Of a stretch of DNA of 64,000 nt, positions 51,548 through 63,752 are shown piece after piece. The notes beneath the pieces were generated by a model. That model made no database searches. It was not told the DNA's origin and saw only the letters and a list, made by a program, of their open reading frames with translations. The position numbers and the translations under genes were made by a program. Source of the stretch: Eledone cirrhosa (taxonomy: Eukaryota). The stretch spans positions 180,916,001-180,980,000 of the forward strand of contig OZ024742.1 of NCBI GenBank assembly GCA_964016885.1, read 5' to 3'. Numbering within the stretch: position 1 is the stretch's first letter; every line of letters starts with the position of its first letter.

Positions 51548-53397
51548 ACAATCAGGCCTTAACTTTTGACGTCTGTTATCAACGGTTGGGCCTAAAAAGT
51601 CATAACGGTTTATAAAACTCTAATAATGCTTTATCTTTTAATCATTTATGATAGAATTAATGTTAGAATGAAGGATCCTCTTTTGATAACTTGTTTACTT
51701 GATAAATATGCAAACTTAGGTTTTTTTTAGATATTTATAATTTTGATTCGGATCTTTATTTATCTGTCTCTGCTTTAAATATATAATTTGGATATTTAAC
51801 TTGTAAATTACCGATTATAATTGAACTGTAAATCATTCATGCGTTTGCATATTTTACTCATTTTGAGTATGTTTTGGGGACTCAGAAAGTTAGATTTGCA
51901 TTTATTTATTTTTTATATATATCTAGACAGTAAATATAACAAACCATAATAGTCGACAAATATTGGTCTCTCTCTCCACTGAACTGGAGGTAAAACTACA
52001 ATTATAGCATTACTAATAATGATTATAATTATTTATTTATTAAATGTATACCGTTTCATTAATACCTATAATAATATCTCTATATAGTTGTACAAATATG
52101 TTACATTTATAAATAATTTAGATACTCAAATGACTCTATATTGTTATAAGTGTTTGATATTCCCTGGAAGTTCGAATTTATATAATGATTTTTACTTAAT
52201 TTAATATAATTTAATTTATTTTAATTAAATTTAGATTACCTTCGACTTTTTCAAATATTTAGCTCCTCTTTCTATCACATTCGCTAAAATATTTTAGACG
52301 TATCTTTTGCCTACTATATATTAAAACCCTATTACATATATAATATATTTTTAATATTGGGCATTTTTAAGTTTCGCAAACAATTCATTATATTTATTTT
52401 GTATCTAGCCCCTATCATTAGGACTCATGTAGTTTTGACTTATACGTTTATAGTATATATCAACTAAATGAAAATAATTGATATAAAACATTAATTTTTT
52501 AACAATATTTTTTAACAATATATTTTAACTATATATATTTTTTTAACAATATTTTCAGTAAATTATTTACTATATTGTATTATTGTATTATATTATATAT
52601 ATTTGAAAGGTATCCCCTTAAGACTTTAGACATTATAATCCTTGTATATTTTTGATTAACACATATACATAATTAAAAATTCAGACTTCTTTAAGTTTAA
52701 TTATAAGGCCGGTTGATCCTTCAGGCACTCAAACTCTTTAATCATAAATTCTTTAATAATTATAACTATAATTATTTTATAAATTATATTATATAAACTG
52801 TTGTCAATATTATAAATAATGTTGGTAAAGATTACCTTAGTGAGGATATAAAAGCATTATATATTTCTTTTCTCGTGTTTCGCAAATCCTTTAAATTTGT
52901 TTTCATAAAATTTGAATTTTAGAAATTAAACTTGATAGTATAATATAATATTATTAACTTTTAAAACCTAAAATATTACTCATTTCTCTGAAATAACTTT
53001 AATTAAATATTTTGAATAATAACGGTCAACTAAATAAATTTGGATATATATTGCATATATGGAAAATTGTCTATAAACTTGAACATAAATTACTCCCCTT
53101 TGTCTCTCTCTCTCTTTAATCATCTTTCATTTGTTTTTCGAGGCACCTACTAAATATCAGCTTTTCTTCCTCTATGCTTTCCTCTTTCTTCAGCAGTTTT
53201 TTAAAAAAAATTTGTTATAACTGTTATATTGAAGCCATGTATCTTTTAAGCTGTATTACACGCACCCTCTCTATTGTTTGTATTATATATTTTTATATAT
53301 TTTTCTCATGTTCTCAATATTAGGGTATAAATATTGAGTTTTGTCATATGACTGAATCTTAACCATCTACTATGTCAGGATATGTCATGCATCATCT

Positions 53398-53463
53398 TAT
53401 TTTATCTGATGAGGACGTACTGTTGAACTTTACTCTGTACCTCTGAAATATGTAGAATAAAAT
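53398..53463 (+). ncRNA. Hammerhead copy with a mutated cleavage triplet
   Basis: Same as 50477-50543 but reads GAAAtatgtaGA (T>G at 53455) and has helix II mismatches. Confidence 0.7.
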
Positions 53464-54075
53464 ATAATTGATCACAAGAATATCTATTTTGTTAATATTT
53501 TGAATTAATATTAATAACTCTGGAAAACCATAACTGTTGAGTGCTTCCAATGTATTGTAAAACTCATTCTTTGATGTACTCATTGAACCTTGTTTAACTT
53601 TTAAATATATATATATATATATATACATACACAAGCAAACAAACTCACATACACACACATATATATACACATACATATAGATTCACTATCTTGGCATGTC
53701 ATTCAGTAAATGTGACATTTCTTTTGTACAGCCTCATTAAAGTCTTTGATGAAGCACTTAGCTAAATTAATGATCCACAACTGATATGTATTAAGAAAAG
53801 AAAATTATATATATCTATATATCTATATATATATACACACACATATATATATGTATGTGTGTGCGTGCGCGTGTATGTGTATAAAATATCTTTATGTATA
53901 AAATATTTTGGCTGTGCTTCTATGTTTAGGTCATTCACTTTCCAACCACATACTTTCTAGTTTGGCTCACATACCTGTATCGTACTTTGTGTAAAGAGGC
54001 TTCTACTAGAGCCTTGGATCAACTAATGCCTTAAGAATGAAATTAGTGGACAAACACTGTGTGTAGGCCTTTTGT

Positions 54076-54720
54076 TTCGTATTCCCACTTCATTTTAAGT
54101 TACCTTAAATAGCACTACACAGTCATTTCTATTCTCCATATATTTCATCATGTTTTTCGCTGTGACCATTCTTCTCTCCCCTTCTACCTACATATTTCGC
54201 CATTTTCTACTCTCACCCTTCTTTCTTCCCCTCCCTATCTACTCTCACCCCGCTTTCTTCCTCTCTCTTTCTCCCTCTCACTTTCACCCCCTCATCTGAC
54301 CGTTCAGCAGTTCTCTTCTCACTTACAAATACGGCGATCGGACGTGTGTCTTGTTCCTCTCGACCACTCAGTCTTGAACTTAAGTTCTATTATCGAGTGG
54401 TCTTGGATTTCCTACCTATAGTTGCTCGCACATTGCTCGGTTTGTGTGGGTTTTTTTACTGTTTTGTTACTATTTTCTCTTTTCTTCCTCTTTGCTTTCC
54501 TTCCCTCCTTCCTTCGTTTTCCCAATAACTTATCCAGTTATTGACGCCCTGGGGTGAGATATCTTGTCTTTAATGCGTAGAAATATCCGAGACCCCCTAG
54601 TAGACAACTGATGAGGAAAACTCCCCCCCCCCTCGTTCTTGCTTTCTTCGTATTCCCACTGCATTTTAAGTTACCTTAAATAGCAACTACACAGCCATTT
54701 CTATTCTCCATATATTTCAT
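54076..54720 (+). mobile_element. Terminally redundant ~571 bp unit ending in (TA)n
   Basis: A ~73 bp direct repeat ttcgtattcccact..ctccatatatttcat occurs at 54076 and 54647. There is an internal CTGATGA, and a homologous fragment lies at 57120-57310. Confidence 0.7.
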
Positions 54721-55007
54721 TATATATATATATATATATATATATATTGACAGTTGATCAACAAGATCTCATACTTCAATCACTTAACCTGTAGGGTGGA
54801 GCTCGTCAAATCAGACCAAGGAAACAATTTTGCATTGATCTTTCCCATTGCTGTTACTATCTGTCATTACAAATCCAAGCAGAAGAAGCTACATGAAATA
54901 AAGTAACTTGCTCAAGGACAGAACACATCACCTGGTCCGGGAATTAAAATCACAACCTCACGATAATGAATCCAATTCTCTTAGCACTCAGCCATGCACC
55001 TGCATAA

Positions 55008-55465
55008 TCATCATCATCATCATCATCATCGTTTAACGTCTATCTTCCACGCTAGCATGGGTTTAGACGGGAATTGTCCCACTCGAGGCAAGATTGGTTG
55101 TTTTGCTCGTATGAGACTATCTGCCAGGTTTTCTATGGCTGGATGCCCTTCCTAAAACCAACCACGTTTAAGTGTGGCCTGGGAGGTTTTTACCGTGTTA
55201 CCTACACAGACACATTACAGCATGGACTGTGTGTTTTTTTGTCGTGACACCTACACGACTTCATTTATTTTGGACTGGATGTTGTGGTAAAAACTTTACA
55301 TCGAAAGGGGTGGTGTTGGTGGGAGTGGGAGGATGGAATAGGGGTAGTAGGATGGGAGTGTAGGATGGAATAGGGGTAGTAGGATGGGAGTGTATTTTTG
55401 TAGGTTTCGCTTTGTACATAGGCAAGGTGGGTCTTCTGTATTACTGCATAGCGCCAAAGTTGACG
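55008..55465 (-). mobile_element. RTE 3' UTR fragment with (GAT)n tail
   Basis: Reverse complement of 26200-26610. Confidence 0.85.
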
Positions 55466-55600
55466 GACCCAGCACAGGTATCACTGCTAGGACTGATTGT
55501 ATCTCAGTGTACTCAATAGGTAATGTTAAATAAACTCCCAGTGTATAAACATAGTTATTCGCTTCAATACAACACATGTAAATGGGTACCTTCAATTCTT

Positions 55601-55711
55601 CCTGAACTCAAGTTTCGGCCACACTTAGTGCAGCAGTAGAGTGCACTGCACGCTCTGCATAAATATATTATGCAACAATGTACAATCAGTGCATGGGGCT
55701 TCATCAGCAGG
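55601..55711 (-). ncRNA. Type I hammerhead ribozyme with a long branched helix II
   Basis: cctg-CTGATGA-agcc..(tgcactg/cagtgca, tgcataa/ttatgca)..ggcc-GAAA-cttgag-TT-cagg. Confidence 0.75.
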
Positions 55712-56701
55712 CTTTGCCTAATCAATAACCAATCAATTGACACAATTCGACTCCAGTCCGTGCCGGCTAAGACCGTATGTGACGGCCGATGCAGTAAAAT
55801 GTTGGTAACTGGAATCTCTCCAAGTCACAATGCTGTCTCCTGATTGGCAACCAATTTATGATATATATATATATAATCATCTTCATCATCATCATCATTT
55901 TTGCATCCGTTTTTTTCACACTTGCATGGGTTGGATGGGTCTTTTCAGCACAGCCTCTCTCCTCACACCATGTTCCTTTGTCCTCTATGTAAGTCTCAGT
56001 TACTTGAAATCAGCTCTCCCCATCTCTACTCATGTTTTTCTTGATCTATCTCTACTACAGCTTTCTTCCAATGGGATTTCCTGGCACAAATGACACAAAT
56101 AAAACAAGGGAAAAGATGATTGAACAGCATGAGAGTTTGAAACAAAAGCAAACAAAAAGTGAAAAATAAGAAGATAAATAGATACATGATGAACCAAAAA
56201 TATGCAGAAATATTTAAATAGTGTTTGCACAATGAAAATAAATAGAAAAAAAAATTATCTTATGGCTTAAGTTAAACCCTTTATTGAAGTAGAGTAAAAG
56301 GGATAAAAATCAAATAAGAAAAGGGTGGAGAACATGTGTTTCAAATGGTTACATTCTTTAGAATATATATATATAGTGGATGCTGCATAGTTGAATTGTG
56401 AGGAAGTTTGTTTCACAATCATTAGCTCACATGTTCAATCACACAGTATGGCACCTTGGGAAAGTGTCGTTTACCATAGCTTCAGGTCGACTAATGTCTT
56501 CTCAATGAATTTAGGGAAACAGAAACTTTTTGGAAGCCTATTGAATGGACTATAACTATAGAGAGTCAGCCGTGATACACATTGTGTCACATGCCTGTGG
56601 AATACTCAGTCACTTACATGGTAATTGCTTTAACAAGTGGAACACTCATCATTGAAACCAATGGAAGTCAATTCTCTCTCTCTATATATATATATATACA
56701 T

Positions 56702-57050
56702 ATGGAGGCACATGGCTTAGTGGTTAGAGCATTGGCCTTGCAATCGAAAGGTTGTGAGTTCAAATCTCAGACCGGGTGATGTGTTGTTTCCTTGAGCAAG
56801 ACAATTTATTTCACATTGCTCCAGTTTACTCAGCTGTAGAAATGAGATGATAGGGACTGGGGTCCCTATCATTCCACTTCAAAGTGGTCGTGGAGGTGCC
56901 ACGGCAAAAAAGCACCCAGCACTCACTGTAAATGAGGTTGGTGTTAGGAAGGGCATCCAGCTGTAGAAATCAAGCCAGAATCAGTTCCCGTCCCACCCTT
57001 GCAAGCAGGGAAAAGCGGACGTAAAATGAAATGATGAATGATGATGAAAA
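56702..57050 (+). mobile_element. Full-length SINE family B (tRNA head, CORE-like body, RTE-derived tail)
   Basis: A-box TGGCTTAGTGG, B-box GAGTTCAAATC, ccttgagcaagac, and a tail shared with the RTE at 28385-28497. Confidence 0.9.
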
Positions 57051-57339
57051 TGATATATATATATATGGTGGTGTAAATGTTAGGCAACATTCAACACTAA
57101 TGATGTAACAAAACGATATTTTTTTCTCTCCCCTTTTTTCCTTCCCCAATAACTTTCAAAAGTTATTGATGCACTGGAGATAGACATATTGTCTTTAATG
57201 CGTTGACATGTTGTGACCTCCAGCAGACAACTGAAGAGGAGACTGTCCCTTGTTTGTGCTTTCCTTTTATTTCTAAATACACTTTATCAAGTAACTACAC
57301 AGCCCCTTGTTTCTTCTAAATTTATATATATACATATAC

Positions 57340-57957
57340 ATCATCATCATCATCATGATTTTACGTCTGCCTTTCCCTGCTTGCAAGGGTGGGATGGGAA
57401 CTGATTCTGGCTTTACCTCCACAGCTGGATGCCCTTCCCAACACCAACCCCATTTACAGTGAGTGCTGCATGATTTTTTGCCGTGGCACCTCCACGACCA
57501 CTTTGCAGTGGAATGATAGGGACCCCAGTTTGGGAATGGAACTTGCAACCCCATGATTGCAAATTCAATTCTCTACCCATTATGCCATGCACCTTTACAA
57601 CATCATATATAACATATATATATCATCATCAACACCGTTTTACACCCGTTCTTCCATGCTAGCATAGGTTAGACAGGTTGTCCTGTTGTGGGCAGTAGCC
57701 AGATGGCTGACTGTGCCTTGCTTATACGGGAACTGATTCTGGCTTGATTTCTACAGCTGGATGCCCTTCCTAACACCAACCTCATTTACAGTGAGTGCTG
57801 GGTGCTTTTTTGCCGTGGCACCTCCACGACCACTTTGCAGTGGAATGATAGGGACCCCAGTCCTATCATCTCATTTCTACAGATGAGTAAACTGGAGCAA
57901 TGTGAAATAAAGTGTCTTGCTCAAGGAAACAACACATCACCCGGTCTGAGAATTGAC
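57340..57957 (-). mobile_element. Composite of SINE B and RTE-tail fragments
   Basis: SINE B 3' part at 57340-57528, a copy of 28179-28498 at 57528-57843, and SINE B body to 57957. Confidence 0.85.
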
Positions 57958-59704
57958 ACATCTATATATATATATATAGATAGATAGATAGATGAAAAAG
58001 GGATTAATCTTTATATCTAGGGACTACTGATTATGGAACTATCAAAGGACAACCCTACACTCGACCTACAGAAGTAAACATCTTGTTGAGTCAACTACCA
58101 CTGTATGCTGAAACAGTCCCCATTATAGATTACTCTAATCCTGAACTAGAGAAACTGAAAACGATATATATATATATCATTTTGTGATGCTACTGGTGTT
58201 GAAAGTTTACTTCTATTTACTCCACCCCACCAATTCCCAGCTCTTTCCTATTATTTCAAGTGTTAAACTAATATATTTCTTCATTGTATGTGTCATTTGC
58301 TTTATTTTTGTTTAATTTTTTCATATATAAATATATATATATCATCGTCATCATTGTCATTTTAACAGCCGCTTTCCCTGCTAGCAAGGGTTGGACAGGT
58401 CTCTATAGACCAACTCCATACTGAAACGGAACCACTGATCTCCCAAGCAAGCCAGGGATCTGTGTGTTGCTTATATATATATATATATACATACAGTGGG
58501 TTGTGTAGATGATATAGTTCCACATCGTCCCTGGTATTGTTATGTAAGTGAGGATTGAGAGATAAGCTAGACGTGGGGGGCTTGAGGTATAGAGAGTTGG
58601 AGGGAAGAAGGGAGGAATAAAGAATGAAGAGAATGTAGTTAGAACAAAAGTTTGTGATAAAACAGTAAACGTTTGTGTTTTAAGTTTTATTATTCATTAA
58701 AATAAAATAAGATGAAAGGAGTGAAAAATAAAAAAAATGAAAAGGAATGAAAAAGAATTAAAAATCAAAAAGACTAGAATGTTTTATATATATATGCATA
58801 TATATATATTTATATATGTACATGCGTGAGTGTATGTTTGTTTGTGTTTACATTTATATGTGCAAATTGTTGGTGTGAGGGAGGACATTCAGTTATTAGA
58901 AAGCAGGCCAACATATGGACTATGGACATAATGTGATGATGAAGATGAGAAAGAAAAAGAACTAAAGAGACAGAGACAGAGTTATATAGACAAATAAAGA
59001 TAGACATATACACACACTTTGAATATATTATATTTGTATGTGTATTATTTATATTTTATATACAATATTGCCTTTGTTCTGTAATTACTATATAAACATA
59101 AAATAAATAAAATAACATTTTATAATTTGATAATTTGTTTTTGTTTTAAATTCATTTGAACTCTGATAACAAAAGGACAAAAATGCTGATAGTCAGATTT
59201 AAACAAAGAAACAGTGTTTCTACTAATCCCTCCATTGCTGGTATCAACTCCTGGCAGAAATTGCAATGTGAAATTAAAATATTTTGTTCGAAAACACTGC
59301 ACTTTGCCCGAACAAGACTCAAATCCATACCCTTATAATTGTTAGTCAACCACCCTAACCATAAAGCTGCAGACTTTCACTGATAACCACTTATCAATAT
59401 TTCCTTGTAATTTTGGTTTTTAATAATTTCAGAAATAATAATAAAACTAAGAAGATTACAGTGAAACCTACAGTGATACTATGACAGTTAATTGGTGCTA
59501 TTGTATAAATATATCTCTTGAATTGACATAGTACAATTGAATATAGTGAAATGGAGAGGGAGAGGAGGGAAGAGAAGAGAGATGGATGGGGAAGGAATGA
59601 GACAGTGAAAGTGAGATGGAGAGTGATTAAATCTCCAATATATAATCAATTGTTGAATAATTACCGTTCTTTTTTATTTTTCATATGGAATACAATTACA
59701 TTAT

Positions 59705-59749
<45 letters not shown>

Positions 59750-59753
<4 letters not shown>

Positions 59754-59882
59754 TAATATAGAAATGGCTTCTACAGAACTAGAACTGTTTCATTTGGAGG
59801 AAATCACCAGGAAAGCTTTTGTGATGATTTCCTCTGAATGAAACAGTTCTAGTCCTGTAGGAGCCATTTCTATATTAAATAT
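59750..59882. repeat. Fold-back element with truncated HHR cores at the loop
   Basis: ~58 bp arms. The right arm reads gTGATGA-tttcctctgaat-GAAA-cagtt, and the left arm on the minus strand reads CTGGTGA..GAAA. Confidence 0.8.
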
Positions 59883-59948
59883 TTATACTCTTGATATGTA
59901 TTGAGTACCTTACTTACTGTGGTTATCCCCGATTGAACCCAGGATTGA

Positions 59949-59985
<37 letters not shown>

Positions 59986-60867
59986 CAGGGTGCGGACAAT
60001 ATGTATTCGCAAGATAACTGTCCAGGAAAAAGTAACACAGTAGTTTTATTTTTTAAGATTCATTTATCAAACTTGGGTCAGTTTGTCTTCATGACTTGTT
60101 CTTTCGATCTCACTCGATAAACCCGCAATTGGTTTTGATGACGGCCTCGGAACCGGCTACAGGCCTTCGTCACGGTCCCCCGACTTAGGCCCCTAAAGAC
60201 ACTTGTGATCCTGCCCTTCAGATCGTCTTTCGTATTGCAGCTAGATCTGTTGGTGTCTCGTTCCACTGCGCCCCACACAAAGAAGTCGAGGGGGGTTGCA
60301 GTCAGGCGAGCTGGGAGGCCAGATGTCAGGTGAAGTGTGGTCGACGAAATTCTCTGACAGTCAGGCCTGGGTCTTTCGGCTGGTATGGCAGGGCCGTGAG
60401 TCTTGCTGCCACACGTACGGCCTACCTGCAGCTACCTGGTCGATCCAGGGCTTTACTATCTCGCTCAGAACGCGGATGTAGCCATCGGTGTTCAGCTTGA
60501 GGCCCTCGGGGAAGAAGTGAGGTGGCATGACGTCACCTTAACTGCTGACGACACCTAAGACCAATGTTGTTGCTGGAAACTTTGTCTGCATGACTCTGGG
60601 CATGTCTTTGGATGAGACACCATTTTCCTGCTGACGCTGAGAAAGTCTGAAATTTCCTTATTTGTCCTGCCGGCGTGGATTCCAAGAAGAACTCTGTGTC
60701 TCTTCCACAAATTTGGAGGTTCAAAATTATTCATAATCAATTATTCTGAAAATAAATAATGGAAATACAGTCACTGTTTTTATGAAGACAAGAGTGACAA
60801 CGGAAGTAAAAAAAATTTGCATAAAGTTAGCAGTTGAAAATTGCGAACAAATGTCATCCGCACCTTG
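59986..60867 (-). mobile_element. Tc1/mariner-superfamily DD37D (maT) element, internally deleted
   Basis: Imperfect ~27 bp TIRs CA(G/A)GGTGCGGA..TTCGCAA within (TA)n. QQD is followed 37 aa later by the D of NPLD (WPPSSPDCNP), with one stop and one frameshift. Confidence 0.88.
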
Positions 60868-61019
60868 TGTATATATATATATATATATACGTACACACAT
60901 GTATACACAGATTTATTGTTGTTTTATTAATACTCTTAATCATAGCTACAATGTTTCAGCAAAGTAAGTGTTTACTAAACCTCCTCAGACAAAAATGTAA
61001 TGAGATGCTGCTGATTCAG

Positions 61020-61073
<54 letters not shown>

Positions 61074-62479
61074 ATAGACGTGGGGGTAGGTGTAATTAGG
61101 AGGAGAGGAGGATAGGGATGGGAAAGGAGAAGTGAGGGTGGCAGAGATGAATTTGATAAAGAGAAGTGCCGGAGGGGGGACTAGGCAAAGTTGTGAAGGT
61201 GGTATGGATGTAAGTGTTGTGTAGACAGGTGTGGTTAAGGGTATTGGTTGTGGTCGGGGTGAGATAGTTGTAGAGATAGGTGTAATTTGTGGTGGTGTTT
61301 AGAAATGAAAGAAATTTGGAAGGGGTGAGTATCTGTCTCAAAGACTATCAAAGTACCATAGACAGTATGCTAAGATTAAAAATACCAGTTATAACTAACA
61401 TGAGGGTTGAAGATAAGAAAAAAATTTGAAAAAATTATTGTTAGAAAATATTTTTTATCAATGAAAATTATTGAAAATCAAGTAAACCTTTCAAAAGTTT
61501 TAAATAAAAAATAAAAAACAAATTAAAGGGGAGAAAAATAAAATTATACTATAAAAAAGATAGATAAAGTAGTGAATAGTTTGGCTAAATTGAAGAGTTG
61601 AAGAAGGTAAAAAATAAAGTTTTTGAAAGACTAAATTCATATAGATGTGGACAAGATCTAGCAAAATGTATCAACTGATATTCGATTATTTCATGAGATT
61701 TTCTAACATAGTGTTTTTACGTTGGTTGGTAAATTTCAACAATATTGCCTGAATCAAATTTTTTATGAAGCTCAGCAAATTTGCTATTGAGACTGTCAAA
61801 ATATTTTGTCAGCTTTTGAGCAAACATTATTTCAGTAAAACACTAATTTTTTAGTAGCATGCACTTTTCAAAGCCAGTAACAGTTCAAGTTAATAAGCAT
61901 AGTAACTGTTCCATATGACACAAAAGTAAATAGTCTAACCTATTTAAATAGAAACTTGAAGGAGAAGTTCTCACTGAACCAGCAGAATGTAATGCATGGC
62001 TACATAACCCACAAAATATAGGATACCAACAAAATGGCAGGAAGAGTAAACTTTGTTAGATCTGTAATAAATACCTGGAAAGATAGCTATTAAACAGTAG
62101 TAGATATAAGAATACCTTTAAATCTTGGCGTTGGAATAGGAAATGTCAATTATGCCATACCAGTGTGAAAGTTATCAGCAGCTGTCCAAAAATGTTCATA
62201 TCTCACTACTTACACCTACCATACACTGTCTATGTTAAAGACACCTCACCTCATACAGGTTAAATCTACTTAATTCCATCATTGGTATGATGTCCAAACA
62301 TTTCTATGATGGTGGTGAAGTTTGAAAGAGATTTAGTTGATATTTCTAGCAAGTTGTTTGATATCATCAAAGTGTCCTCATCGTTCACAACTGTAGGGTT
62401 TTTGTTTTTTCTTTTTTCTCCGATTATATTTACTTTGCTGTTTACATAAAAAATTGCCAACAATCATGCCAAAAGTACA

Positions 62480-62935
62480 TCAGAACCCTTTACAACATGA
62501 TTTCAGATGGGTTGGTGCACTGCCCTAACAAGTAGCATTTGACATGTTCCTGCTCAACCTCCCAACCCTGCAGTGGTGCCTGGCTCAACACAGTCCCCTC
62601 ACTTGTGACTGGCACTCAGCTGGACAGCAACTGCTTGCACATTGGTGTTCCCCTCAGGCTTGTCTTCTGTGTCTGTGAGCCTCATAAATGCCACTGTGGT
62701 ACCACTGTGGATCTTTTCGGTCTCCACCCACTGTCATGCCATTACAGTGCTGGCCGCCTCCCACACCATGCCGCTCTCAACGAGATAATAAAGCATGGCC
62801 TGGATGGCACAAGCATCCCTTCCCAATACGAGCTAACAGAGCTGAACTGTGGGGATAACAAAAAACCAAACAGCATCACAATCTTCTTGTTCCGCTTGGG
62901 TAGGGCCTTCACCTACTCAAGTGGCAACCTGGCTG
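62480..62935 (+). mobile_element. CRE-like RLE LINE 3' fragment
   Basis: Encodes SGAWLNTVP..LRL..CEPHKCHCG..H.LSC..SAGR..HH.ALNEII..DNKKPNSIT (CCHC plus a decayed RPD motif). Confidence 0.8.
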
Positions 62936-62989
62936 TCATTTTGATGGCATCAGGTAATTTATCTGTTCAAGACTAAATACTCCATAATA

Positions 62990-63390
62990 TAGGTTCCAAG
63001 AATTAGATGTCCACACATTTGATAATAAGGAATACTGGAGGATTATTCCAATAAAAACAGCAATCTATTGCAACAACAGATCTGGTACTGTTCTATGCAA
63101 CAGAGAACGAATGTTATGCACCAACAAAAGTGAATGTCTTGCCTATAATTGTGAAAGAAGAGAACATCTATTGTAAACTAATGTGAAGCTTATATCCTGA
63201 TTATAGATTTACATTTGTCCATATTATCATTGGTGCACTGTGCTGTGTAACTGCAAATATAGAAATGCTAGGGTTTTCCAGGAAAAAAACAAATCTAACT
63301 GATCTGTACCCTCCAAATCCAATTGACTAGCAGTACAGTGAAGATTTTCAAGACACTCCAGAGATTATCCGTGTGAGTTTTCTGAAAATA
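62990..63390 (+). mobile_element. R4-like RLE fragment related to 45170-45745
   Basis: Encodes KEYW..PIKTA and PDYRFTFVHIIIGAL. Confidence 0.55.
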
Positions 63391-63410
63391 AACATATGCA
63401 CATATCTATA

Positions 63411-63752
63411 TCATCATCATCATCATCATTTTACGTCCACTTTTCCCTGCTTGCAAGGGTGGGACGGGAACTGATTCTAGCTTGATTTCTACAGCTGGAT
63501 GCCCTTCCTAACACCAACCTCATTTACAGTGAGTGCTGGGTGCTTTTTTGCCGTGGCACCTCCACGATCACTTTACAGTGGAATGATATGGACCCCAGTC
63601 CCTATCATCTCATTTCTACAGCTGAGTAAACTGAAGCAATGTGAAATAAAGTGTCTTGCTCAAGGAAACAACACATCACCCGGTCTGAGAATTGAACTCA
63701 CAATCTTTCGATTGCAAGGCCAATGCTCTAACCACTAAGCCATATGCCTCCA
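63411..63752 (-). mobile_element. Full-length SINE family B
   Basis: Near-identical reverse complement of 56702-57040. Confidence 0.9.

Larger units (their letters stand above)
50428..53513 (+). mobile_element. 5'-truncated Penelope-like element (Naiad-like) with inverted ~300 bp pLTR copies (50428-50729 and 53219-53513)
   Basis: Inverted arms containing HHRs enclose an endonuclease remnant and a 1.7 kb very AT-rich 3' region. Confidence 0.88.

Noticed and set aside
54564-54607. Twister ribozyme (UAA-UGC..GYA-GA)
   Set aside because: The 3' internal-loop strand and pseudoknot elements of twister are missing.
56702-56775. tRNA gene
   Set aside because: The tRNA-like head runs directly into a SINE body with no acceptor stem or terminator.
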